Both the position numbers and the translations under genes were made by a program. Positions 1-8,317 of a stretch of DNA of 64,000 nt are shown piece by piece. The notes beneath the pieces are model-generated. The model was not told the DNA's origin and searched no databases. It was given only the letters and a program-made list of their open reading frames with translations. The stretch spans positions 388 through 64,387 of the forward strand of contig JAFSDK010000038.1 of NCBI GenBank assembly GCA_017436255.1, read 5' to 3'. Positions within the stretch are counted from its first letter, which is position 1, and each line of letters starts with the position of its first letter. This DNA comes from Clostridia bacterium. Its GTDB lineage: Bacteria > Bacillota > Clostridia > Oscillospirales > Acutalibacteraceae.

Positions 1-675
1 ATTGGTATTTGAAACTTTATTTTTTCCATAGACCATCAAATATTCCAATGTGTCTGAAGAAAAGGTTTCAAGCGAAGGTATTTGATTGCAATTTTCCAAT
101 TCTAAAATTTTTAGTGGAATCCCTTCGGCAGAAGAAATATCTGTAAGAAATCGTAGATTCGATAACGATAAAATTTGAACAGAACTATTTTCTATTCCAT
201 TCAGCGTTTGAAGTTTTCCGCTAAAAATCCTTAGTGAATCAATAGAAGTTTTTTTCAACCGTATCAAATCTCTTTCATACCATTTCATTACTTCCAGGGT
301 TTTGAGGGATTTGGATGACGATATTCCACAGAAGTTGTATGAAGAACGTGCACACAAATATTCTAACTTTGGAAATACTGAAATATTGATACACCAATCT
401 GTATTTGCTAAAGTTTCTTCATAATCAATTTTTAGCATCTTTAATGCAGTCATTTTACCCAAAACATCATGCATATTCTCAAAAGGCATCCCTGATGTTA
501 TAATAAGTTTTTCTATCTCTTTGAAGGATTCTAAAAATTTTATATTTTCCAAATTTACAATAACATTTTTTACGTGAGTGTAATTTGAAATATCTTCAAT
601 ATCTTGGAGATCATGTATAGCTATCTCTAAAAATGTATATTCCGAATCCGCAATCCATTTTTTTACATATTGCAT
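1..675 (-). CDS. Leucine-rich-repeat protein, candidate immunity protein of the upstream RHS toxin (3-prime end runs off the window)
   Basis: Absent from the ORF track because there is no stop inside the window. My minus-strand translation from ATG 673-675 (GGAGAA 6 nt upstream) stays open for all 225 codons: MQYVKKWIADSEYTFLEIAIHDLQDIEDISNYTHVKNVIVNLENIKFLESF... It shows LRR-like periodicity (LKTLEVMKW, IDSLRIFSGKLQTLNGIENSSVQILSLSNLRFLTDIS, LKILELENCNQIPSLETF). It starts 27 nt after the RHS stop. Confidence 0.6.
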   Translation of the reverse strand, partial: MQYVKKWIADSEYTFLEIAIHDLQDIEDISNYTHVKNVIVNLENIKFLESFKEIEKLIITSGMPFENMHDVLGKMTALKMLKIDYEETLANTDWCINISVFPKLEYLCARSSYNFCGISSSKSLKTLEVMKWYERDLIRLKKTSIDSLRIFSGKLQTLNGIENSSVQILSLSNLRFLTDISSAEGIPLKILELENCNQIPSLETFSSDTLEYLMVYGKNKVSNTN

Positions 676-702
676 ATCTCGTTCTCCTAAATTAAAATAG
701 AA

Positions 703-3700
703 TTATAGCCAGGAATTAAAAATCTTAAATCCTGGACTCATAATTTTATTAATGAGTTTTCCTCCAAAATCAAAGTCATATTTAGACATTTTCATATATT
801 CATCAATAAATGCAATTTTTGAGTTGGCCGCGGGGGTCCATTGAGGACTTGATGTAATAGTATAGCCTTGCCTTTGCAACCTTCTCATAGAAGCTTGCAT
901 TCGAGATTGAGGTCCCTTGCCTACATATACTTGATCGATACCTTTTTTGTTTTTAGCAAAGATTTCGTAGGATCCTTGTTGAGTACATGATGCATTATGC
1001 ACAAGTACAAAATTGTCACCAACGAAATAGGTATGACAATCTTCAACCTCAAAGTTAAAGACTTCGACAGGCTCGTCAAGTTCAATAAGGTTTACGCTCT
1101 TGACTGTTGCGGTGTTCCAGTCCTTGGCATAGACAATGTCATTAGGTGCAAGATTAGATGCATTTACCCAACCTCTGCCCTTAACTTGGAAGGGGTGTGT
1201 CTCGGTACAATGTATGATCTCACCATCAATGTCAAGCTCGATGAGTCTGTCAACCTTGTTTACGGTTGTGGTAATAACGCGTTTTTCAGCCGATTCACCA
1301 GTGATGTGATCAACGCAGGGAATTGTATCGCCGACTTGAATGGTTTCAATAGTTTTCTTTCCAAGTGTCGTGAGGACAGTTGTTCCAGCCACAAAGCAGA
1401 ACATGGGGTTACCGGACATCGACATTGCGGCTCCGGCAAAAGCACCGCTCACCATACCGGAAATCATACCGTCAGCAGCACCTTGAACGGCACCCTTTAC
1501 GGCACCCTTGCCCATACCACGGAGCGTGCCTTCAACCGTACCGGTTTCCTGATAGCCTTCTACTGCACCCTGTACACCGCCAACAACTGCACCGGTAGCT
1601 GCTCCAACCGCTGCTCCTACGAGGGCTCCCTTGGCGGCCCCAGCCAAAACAGTACCTGCCGCACACAATGCTGCGCCTGCCGCTCCTCCGGTAGCCACCG
1701 TCGCTGCAGCTACTGCGGCACTAACAACGACAACTGCAACTACAACTGCCGCCGCAATGGCGAGCTTTTTCCAGAAGGACATATTACCTTCATCGTCCCT
1801 TGCGAATACTGGGTTATTGCCACAGTATGCATACAGATTCAGACCATTGATGTCATACATAGCGTCTTCAAGGACGCTTGTGGTATCAGCATTGATAAAT
1901 CTGCCGACTTCGGGATCGTAGTAACGGCTGTTAAGGTAATAGAGTCCGGTTTCTACGTCATAGTAGTAAGAACGGTAACGGATCGGGTTAATATCACCAA
2001 TATTGTCATCGGTGTAATTATTGACCGCAAGTACCTTGCCCCATGCATCATATGTGTAACTTGCTACCTTAAGTCCCGCAGAGGTGTAGATCTCGGTAAC
2101 GTCACCCTGAAGATTCTTACGGAAATAGTAGTCGGTTCCGTTATACTCAAAGCCAACGATTCCGCTTCCACCGTGATAGTAGGTAAGAGTTCTTACTCCG
2201 TCGCTCTCGCGCAGGATCTTGTTGCCGTCAAGCGTATATACCGTATCATTCTTGCGGTAACGGATTCCGCTTGCACCGTATTCAAAGGTGTTTGTACCAA
2301 AACTTGCAAGTCTACGAACCTTTGTCCAAGTGAGCGTATTACCGCGATAAGTAAGCGGGTTACCCATAAGGTCGTAGGTGCAGGTCTGACCGTCAAAGGA
2401 ATCCAGACGGTCGCGCCAGCCCTCGCTCTTATAGGTGTAAGTCTTGGTATCAAGACAAGCTCCGAGATTTACGTCGGTACAGAGTGCATATTCCTTCTTG
2501 AAGAGGATATTGCCTCCTACGTCGTAATCCCAAACGAAAGTCTTACCTGCGATGTGATTATCCTCACGCTTGAGGCGGTTCAGACCGTCGTAGTAATACT
2601 TAGAGAGCAGGGAAGTACCATTGCTGATGGTTTCGAGATTGCCCGCCTTGTCGTAGGTGTAACCCAGCGTAGAAGAATTTGCGCTCGTGCCGTAAACGTG
2701 GCTTGCCACACTCGAAACGATCTCGGTGGCAATGGTCTTGCCGTCCTTGGGCGTGGACAGATAGCCGTAGCTTTCGCTGAACAGTGTGCGAGAGCCTATC
2801 TGGAAGGTCTTTGCAATTGCTCTGCGAAGTCCGTCCTTGGTTACCTTATCCGTGAACTTTCCGTCAAGTGTGATTCCCATAACCTCGTTATCGGGATACA
2901 CATAACCGTTCGCATTCTTCTCGTAAACAGGGCGGTAGGTTTGCCCTACAGCACCGTAGGTCTTGGAGGTCAATCGCTCGTTTGCATCGAATACAAAGGT
3001 GTTGGTGGCAAGAATGTTTCCGTTTGTGTCGGTTTCAACGATCTTGGTCACGTTGCCCTTGGCATCGTATGTATAATTATAGCATATTCCGCGCTCATTG
3101 TCAACGAGTTGCTTTACTTTTCCGACGGAATCATAAGTCGCATTGCTGATAATTCGTTCGATATTGTTCTTGTCAGTGTAGGTGCTGACAATGGGGTTGC
3201 CGAGAATGTCAGTCGTTACACGATTCTTTTCTCCGGTGGCAAAAACAGTCTCGGTTATGTCATTTACGCCATCCTTTTCGTAATTCATCGTCAGGAGGGT
3301 GGTAGATACCGATGCGTCGCCAACGCTTACCGACTTGCTTCTTCCAAACTGATCAAACGCAAACCCAAAGTTAAAGCCATTGTGTGCAACGCGAGTCAAA
3401 TAACCGCGCGTATAGAAGAACTGGTTTTCGTTGGTTTTGTTCTCGACCGTAGAGGACAAAGACATAAGATCGTCAGTGGTGTCATCGTAGGAATAGCTGT
3501 ATTCCTGACCGTTGACCGCAGTCTGCTTCAAAAGAAGATTGCGAGAGGTGTCGTGCTGATAGGTCGTCTTGAGCTTTTCACCGTTAAGCATATATCGAGG
3601 ATCGCTTTCGGTCTTTACAAAGCTTCCGTCCTGGTAGGTATGCTCGGAGAACATATAGGTTCCGGTAGTGTCCTTGTGATAGGTCTTACGAGTCAATTCC

Positions 3701-6700
3701 TTACCATACGCGTTATAGGTGTACTCAATAACAAGTCCGCGATAATCCTGAGTCTTGATAAGATTGTGCTTGCTGTCATACTTGTAGTCCGTAGTATAGC
3801 TGCGACCGTTTCTGTCAATGACAGTGGTGCGTACAATATCAGAATCATCATCGGTATAATCGATGGTGGTAAGAACGCTATCCTTTTTGGTCGTAGTCAT
3901 CTTAATATCCTTGCACTCACCAAATACATTGATCGAATCAATGGGAGTCTCGTCAGTTCTATAAGCATTCGTAGTAGAAATACCATCCACCGAGACGAGT
4001 CTCGCATTGGTAAAGTAACAAGTTCCGGTGTTACCGGTGTAATCCAGCTTGACTGTAATACTGATCGGGCAACATTCTTTGTTCAAAACGAAGGGAATTG
4101 CAGCATACTGCCAACCGGTGTAGCCCACGTCATAGTTTTCAAAATGTTCCTCGGCTTCACCGCCTTCATAGGTGACTTTGAGGCAAAGTCTGAACTTTGC
4201 ACTGGAATTATCAGATTCTGCAGTAACGTTGCCGGAGGCTTTAGCCCAAGCAGAGGCAACAAGGACATTACCGTTCAGCTGACAATTACAAAGGTCAATC
4301 GTTTGTGACAAATATTTGCTATAACCTGAGGAAGTAAATCGATACGATTTCTTTCCGTTAATATAACTTTGCGAAACGATGCTTCCACTGCCAACGGCAG
4401 ACCAGCCAATAGGCTTGGAAGAACTGTTGACTTCGGTGAAGAAACCATTCTGAATGAAATTAGTTTCATCAGCAGAATCATTGCTCATCGCCACAGACAA
4501 AGAACGGTATTTACCGATTCTACTGGTTTCCAAATTGTCAACGATCGATTCGTAGCCGGAAATCTCGGTAATAGTAGATTCACTGATCTCAGAAGAATCT
4601 GTAATATCGGTCATATCCTGATACGAGCTTAATTCACGACCGTTTGCATCAAACTTATAAACCGTTTTGATTTTGGTTCTATCGTTGACGATTGCTGTGG
4701 ACTTGGCACGATACTCAAAAGAGATAGAGTCGTCCTGAATCTCATTAGATGTAGTAACGCTATTATCAGCAACAACGGTTTTGCCGCTGGTGGAGAGTGT
4801 TTTTACTCGTCCGTTCGCATCATATCCGATGGTATATTTGATGCCGGTATAATCAATCACCTGTTCGAGTCGTGAGTTGGCGCCATATACGAACTGTGTC
4901 TGGAGAGTTCCCTCGTTAGAATAAGCTGTATCAGCAGAAGGATAGGTGATTGAGGTCAGCTCACCGGAGGAATTGTAATCGTACAGAATTGCACGATCCA
5001 TGTCACCGTTATCAACAATCTTGGTCAGCATTCCGGAGTTATCATAATACAACTGCGCGGAATGGTTAGTTCCGTCTACAACGCTGCTAAGTCTGCCATT
5101 GGTGTAGTTGAGGCAGCTTACGTTGCCGTTTGTGTCGATAAGCTGGATAAGCTTGCCGGCACTGTTGAAAGTCATCTTGTTACCTTTTTCATCAGTCAAG
5201 ATGTGGGTGGTTGCGTGACCGCAAACACAGTTGCACTCTTCCTTATAGGTAAGTCCAAGTCCTGCATCGTCCGTGATTTCTCCGCTGGAATTGGTTTCTC
5301 CGTACATAAAGTAGTGGCGCTTGCCTTGTGCATTGGTGTACACAGCCATAATTCCATGCTTGTTGATAATTTCCAATGTCTGTTCTACAGAAAGCTTCCA
5401 GCCCTTACCGTATCGGTTAATAGAATTCTGTTCCTCGTTTACAAACTCATGACGGTACAGGTGAGAAATAGACAAAGGCAACTTAACGCCTTCGACAGTT
5501 ACATCTCCATGGGCAAAGGACATCTTTCCGGTGAAAAGATTGATGGAACCCGTTCCCGCTCTGCCGTTTTCAAACGTGTGGAACTTCTGGTGATCGGAGT
5601 ACATATCCGTACTGGTATATTCAATATACATCTTGGGACGGTAGCTATAGCTTGCATACAGAGAATAAAGGTCAAGATACGTAGAAACGCAGCTACCGTT
5701 GCAGCAGCAAGTCTCCTCATTGTTCTTCTTAATAACGATGCACTTTTCTTTTATAAAGGTCTTAGTAGGATCGTACCACTTTTCCATTGCAGCAGTCATA
5801 TCAATCTCAATCTCGGTTGCTGCGCGACGGTAGTATCCTCGAAGAGTATCAATGGCTGTTTCCATAGTCAGATTTTGTACATTTGCCCAGTTGAACGAAG
5901 AAACAGAAAGCGTTTTTCCATTCGGGTCAACCACGGGTGCAATTGTATAATCTTCAATATTGCCGTTATAAGATGCATAGGATTTTTGATGCATAAGCAA
6001 CCCGGCTTTGGTGATCTTGAATCCATCGGCAAGCGTAGGGAGGTTAAAACCGATATACAGGCGATGGATATTGCCGGAAGAATCGACACCAATACGTCTT
6101 CCGGTGTTTGTGTCGGTTGCCGTTACTTTGTTCCCGTTAGAACAAAGTTCTACCAACTGTAGGCTGTTACCGCTATACCGTGAGATCTCTACACGCGGAT
6201 CGATCACAACAGGATATGCGCGTTCGGGATCGGAAAGCCAATCGCTATCCAGCACCAGATCAAGGAAGGTGCCCTCATCCGTCTTGCGGATCTCATAATG
6301 AATATCGTCGCAAAAAGCGTCGTTTGCATCTTCCATATATGCGGGAGGAATCTTCATTTCAGGCATTTCTGAATCAAGATCGTCATCATCGCGAACAAGC
6401 GATACTACCTTTTTATCTTCGCTCAGAACAGGAAGAAGCCCTTTGAACTTCATCTGGAATGTGAATGTTTTACAGTCGGGATTCTTTGTAAGAACGATGG
6501 ATTCCTTCACGCCGTCATCAGAAACATCGTATTCCAGATCGACATTGATATCAGCTCTCTCGTACTTTACAGAAGGATGATCGCCAATATCCCAAGGGTC
6601 GCGCTTCATCTTGTGAGTGAAGGATGCCATTGATTTCTTGCGGCGAGATGTACTTCTCGGGATAAATTTCCACGAGATTTCTCGACTGTCTTTTTCTACG

Positions 6701-7020
6701 GTGACAAAGTGTTCTTTGCCTTCTGTCTTTGGCAGTCTAACCTTGAAGCAAGGCATAATTGCTTCATAATCGGTATCTGTTTCCGTAACTTCAGACGAGA
6801 TATCCACAAATTTGCCGGTATCGGGATTCAGCTTATGGATAGGATGGTCATACATAACCGCCATGAAGTTACCGTTTTGAAGGCGGAAATGCTTGATATT
6901 AGCTCCGCGCTTCGAGGTGTCTTCATACAACACCTTCGATGTTGAAGGCTTCTTTTCTTCAAGTGTTAATTCTTCAACTTCAACATCATTGATAAAAAAA
7001 TCTTTGTTTTCGTTAATCAT
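703..7020 (-). CDS. RHS/YD-repeat polymorphic toxin, 2105 aa
   Basis: ORF track. Many YD-repeat units (YDANGRVK, YKFDANGREL, YTYDAKGNVTK, YTYDKAGNLE). RHS core end motif YYDPEVGRFINADT...NLYAYCGNNPVFARDDEGN. AAGGA lies 8 nt upstream of ATG 7020. The N-terminus MINENKDFFINDVEVEE has no hydrophobic signal peptide or LXG/WXG-like signature by eye. Confidence 0.9.
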   Translation of the reverse strand: MINENKDFFINDVEVEELTLEEKKPSTSKVLYEDTSKRGANIKHFRLQNGNFMAVMYDHPIHKLNPDTGKFVDISSEVTETDTDYEAIMPCFKVRLPKTEGKEHFVTVEKDSREISWKFIPRSTSRRKKSMASFTHKMKRDPWDIGDHPSVKYERADINVDLEYDVSDDGVKESIVLTKNPDCKTFTFQMKFKGLLPVLSEDKKVVSLVRDDDDLDSEMPEMKIPPAYMEDANDAFCDDIHYEIRKTDEGTFLDLVLDSDWLSDPERAYPVVIDPRVEISRYSGNSLQLVELCSNGNKVTATDTNTGRRIGVDSSGNIHRLYIGFNLPTLADGFKITKAGLLMHQKSYASYNGNIEDYTIAPVVDPNGKTLSVSSFNWANVQNLTMETAIDTLRGYYRRAATEIEIDMTAAMEKWYDPTKTFIKEKCIVIKKNNEETCCCNGSCVSTYLDLYSLYASYSYRPKMYIEYTSTDMYSDHQKFHTFENGRAGTGSINLFTGKMSFAHGDVTVEGVKLPLSISHLYRHEFVNEEQNSINRYGKGWKLSVEQTLEIINKHGIMAVYTNAQGKRHYFMYGETNSSGEITDDAGLGLTYKEECNCVCGHATTHILTDEKGNKMTFNSAGKLIQLIDTNGNVSCLNYTNGRLSSVVDGTNHSAQLYYDNSGMLTKIVDNGDMDRAILYDYNSSGELTSITYPSADTAYSNEGTLQTQFVYGANSRLEQVIDYTGIKYTIGYDANGRVKTLSTSGKTVVADNSVTTSNEIQDDSISFEYRAKSTAIVNDRTKIKTVYKFDANGRELSSYQDMTDITDSSEISESTITEISGYESIVDNLETSRIGKYRSLSVAMSNDSADETNFIQNGFFTEVNSSSKPIGWSAVGSGSIVSQSYINGKKSYRFTSSGYSKYLSQTIDLCNCQLNGNVLVASAWAKASGNVTAESDNSSAKFRLCLKVTYEGGEAEEHFENYDVGYTGWQYAAIPFVLNKECCPISITVKLDYTGNTGTCYFTNARLVSVDGISTTNAYRTDETPIDSINVFGECKDIKMTTTKKDSVLTTIDYTDDDSDIVRTTVIDRNGRSYTTDYKYDSKHNLIKTQDYRGLVIEYTYNAYGKELTRKTYHKDTTGTYMFSEHTYQDGSFVKTESDPRYMLNGEKLKTTYQHDTSRNLLLKQTAVNGQEYSYSYDDTTDDLMSLSSTVENKTNENQFFYTRGYLTRVAHNGFNFGFAFDQFGRSKSVSVGDASVSTTLLTMNYEKDGVNDITETVFATGEKNRVTTDILGNPIVSTYTDKNNIERIISNATYDSVGKVKQLVDNERGICYNYTYDAKGNVTKIVETDTNGNILATNTFVFDANERLTSKTYGAVGQTYRPVYEKNANGYVYPDNEVMGITLDGKFTDKVTKDGLRRAIAKTFQIGSRTLFSESYGYLSTPKDGKTIATEIVSSVASHVYGTSANSSTLGYTYDKAGNLETISNGTSLLSKYYYDGLNRLKREDNHIAGKTFVWDYDVGGNILFKKEYALCTDVNLGACLDTKTYTYKSEGWRDRLDSFDGQTCTYDLMGNPLTYRGNTLTWTKVRRLASFGTNTFEYGASGIRYRKNDTVYTLDGNKILRESDGVRTLTYYHGGSGIVGFEYNGTDYYFRKNLQGDVTEIYTSAGLKVASYTYDAWGKVLAVNNYTDDNIGDINPIRYRSYYYDVETGLYYLNSRYYDPEVGRFINADTTSVLEDAMYDINGLNLYAYCGNNPVFARDDEGNMSFWKKLAIAAAVVVAVVVVSAAVAAATVATGGAAGAALCAAGTVLAGAAKGALVGAAVGAATGAVVGGVQGAVEGYQETGTVEGTLRGMGKGAVKGAVQGAADGMISGMVSGAFAGAAMSMSGNPMFCFVAGTTVLTTLGKKTIETIQVGDTIPCVDHITGESAEKRVITTTVNKVDRLIELDIDGEIIHCTETHPFQVKGRGWVNASNLAPNDIVYAKDWNTATVKSVNLIELDEPVEVFNFEVEDCHTYFVGDNFVLVHNASCTQQGSYEIFAKNKKGIDQVYVGKGPQSRMQASMRRLQRQGYTITSSPQWTPAANSKIAFIDEYMKMSKYDFDFGGKLINKIMSPGFKIFNSWL
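706..993 (-). other. C-terminal toxin tip of the RHS protein (96 aa), possibly a GIY-YIG/URI-type nuclease
   Basis: Residues after the HINT terminal HN: ASCTQQGSYEIFAKNKKGIDQVYVGKGPQSRMQASMRRL...IDEYMKM...LINK. A Tyr, 13 residues, then YVG, followed by Arg, Glu and Asn, resembles the GIY-YIG signature. The spacing is about 3 aa longer than in I-TevI. By-eye call only. Confidence 0.4.
994..1398 (-). other. Pre-toxin HINT (intein-like) domain of the RHS protein
   Basis: CFVAGTTVLT...HCTETHPF...HTYFVGDNFVLVHN. It has the first Cys, a TxxH block and a terminal HN. The residue after HN is Ala, not Cys/Ser/Thr. Confidence 0.75.
1399..1782 (-). other. Gly/Ala/Val-rich hydrophobic segment (PT-TG-like pre-toxin module)
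   Basis: 128 aa: MSFWKKLAIAAAVVVAVVVVSAAVAAATVATGGAAGAALCAAGTVLAGAAKGALVGAAVGAATGAVVGG...QETGTVEGTLRGMGKGAVKG...SGAFAGAAM. It sits between the RHS core end and the HINT domain. Confidence 0.55.
3991..4464 (-). other. Non-YD insertion in the RHS body, possibly a CBM-like jelly-roll
   Basis: aa ~853-1010: NFIQNGFFTEV...GWSAVGSGS...VASAWAKASG...YTGWQYAAIPF...CYFTNARLV. It interrupts the YD repeats. The resemblance to CBM4/9-type modules is by eye only. Confidence 0.3.
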
Positions 7021-7036
7021 TTTGTTTCCTTTCTTT

Positions 7037-8257
7037 TTAGTTCTTTAATTTGATTTCCAATATCTGAGGAGCCGAATAACAATCTCCCGTAGATATTGCA
7101 ATAAAGTCGTTTTTGCCTTTCGGCTTTTTTAGAATTAGTCCTTCATTGTAGACCAATGTGCGATCGGTACGATTTACAAAAATCGTGGTTACATCAACTG
7201 TTAGATATCTGCAATTGTTATTTGAAACAGTGATTTTAGGAGAAGCGTTAATCTTTTTGTTCCAAGTAGAACCAAAACTACAAAAGCGTTTTTCGGGAAT
7301 GTAGACATCAACATTTTCTGAGCTACCGTTTAAAATCGGAATATGAAGTAGTACTTTTTCTATACGTTCTGATACGATATCAGGGATTTTTGAAAAGTCA
7401 GGTCTTGAATATAGCCACTGTTCACCAAACTCCTTTGTTTTTCCGATAAAGCCAACCGCACCGTATGCATTGTTAACGTCAGGATGAGCACTTTCTACGG
7501 TTGTATCTTGAAACAATTTAGGTTCATATAAATTCACTTCGAATATAAGAGATCCATTTTTCCCGGAATGAAACAGGGAAATGTCATAGGTTTGATTGCC
7601 TTTATCCAAATACTTTATTTCAACCGGTAAAACCTTGTTCTTTTCATCTCGTGCATATAAACTTGCAACGGAAAGAAATGGCTTAAATTTTTCTTTCATT
7701 ACAGAGAAACACAAGGAATTAGATCTTATGCTATCTTGCTTTGCCTCCGATCTAAGCTGTAATTGAAAACTGTTTCCTTTCACTGTAAAACGCAAGCCAC
7801 ATAAGGTCGGAGTGATAATAACATTTGACTTGGAAGCAGTATCTTTTTTATATATTTCAGGCACTTCCGACATAGTAATCGTACATCTTCCATCATTGTT
7901 TTCAAAAATGCAATGATTTTGATTAACTGAGATTAGTCCGTTTGTACCTTTGAATACTGCTCCGGTTTTATTTGTTGTGAAATTTGTCTGAACCAAAGTT
8001 TTTGTTTTGATATTGTATATTGGTGTGCTAAAACAGTAGGCTGTATTCCCAACTGATTCCTTTACCATAATACGATATCGGTTACTATTCCTTCTGTCGA
8101 TAATAAAATCGCTCATACCTCGAAGATATTTTATTTCTTTTAAGATCGCATTATATTGGTAGTCATTTTTGCTGCTCTTTATATTTATCACCTCCTGTTC
8201 AGAGCACTGTAAAATCCAATGGTTATCCGGTGTCACTTTGTTCCATAGGATATACAT
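7037..8257 (-). CDS. Hypothetical 406-aa protein, apparent stand-alone paralogue of the RHS N-terminal module (DNRLRE-like C-terminal half)
   Basis: ORF track; ends 16 nt before the RHS start. The segment LYEPKLFQDTTVESAHPDVNNAYGAVGFIGKTKEFGEQWLYSRPDFSKIPDIVSERIEKVLLHIPIL...STWNKK parallels RHS aa ~270-380 (VVIDPRVEIS...GRRIGVDSSGNIHRLYIGFNLPTLADGFKITKAGLLMHQ...FNWANV). No clear SD precedes ATG 8257, so the start is uncertain. Confidence 0.6.
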   Translation of the reverse strand: MYILWNKVTPDNHWILQCSEQEVINIKSSKNDYQYNAILKEIKYLRGMSDFIIDRRNSNRYRIMVKESVGNTAYCFSTPIYNIKTKTLVQTNFTTNKTGAVFKGTNGLISVNQNHCIFENNDGRCTITMSEVPEIYKKDTASKSNVIITPTLCGLRFTVKGNSFQLQLRSEAKQDSIRSNSLCFSVMKEKFKPFLSVASLYARDEKNKVLPVEIKYLDKGNQTYDISLFHSGKNGSLIFEVNLYEPKLFQDTTVESAHPDVNNAYGAVGFIGKTKEFGEQWLYSRPDFSKIPDIVSERIEKVLLHIPILNGSSENVDVYIPEKRFCSFGSTWNKKINASPKITVSNNNCRYLTVDVTTIFVNRTDRTLVYNEGLILKKPKGKNDFIAISTGDCYSAPQILEIKLKN

Positions 8258-8317
8258 AATATAAGTCGTTTTACAGTCTGCGCACTACTGCATTACGACT
8301 ATGGCTGTAGTATAAAT

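Noticed and set aside
997-4308. 1103-aa plus-strand ORF, together with 5062-6162 and several shorter ones, antisense to the RHS gene
   Set aside because: It lies entirely inside the RHS coding region on the opposite strand. The translation is low-complexity (V/I/G/S/C-rich) with no motifs, SD or plausible start context. Long antisense frames are a known by-product of repeat-rich, stop-poor YD-repeat coding sequence.
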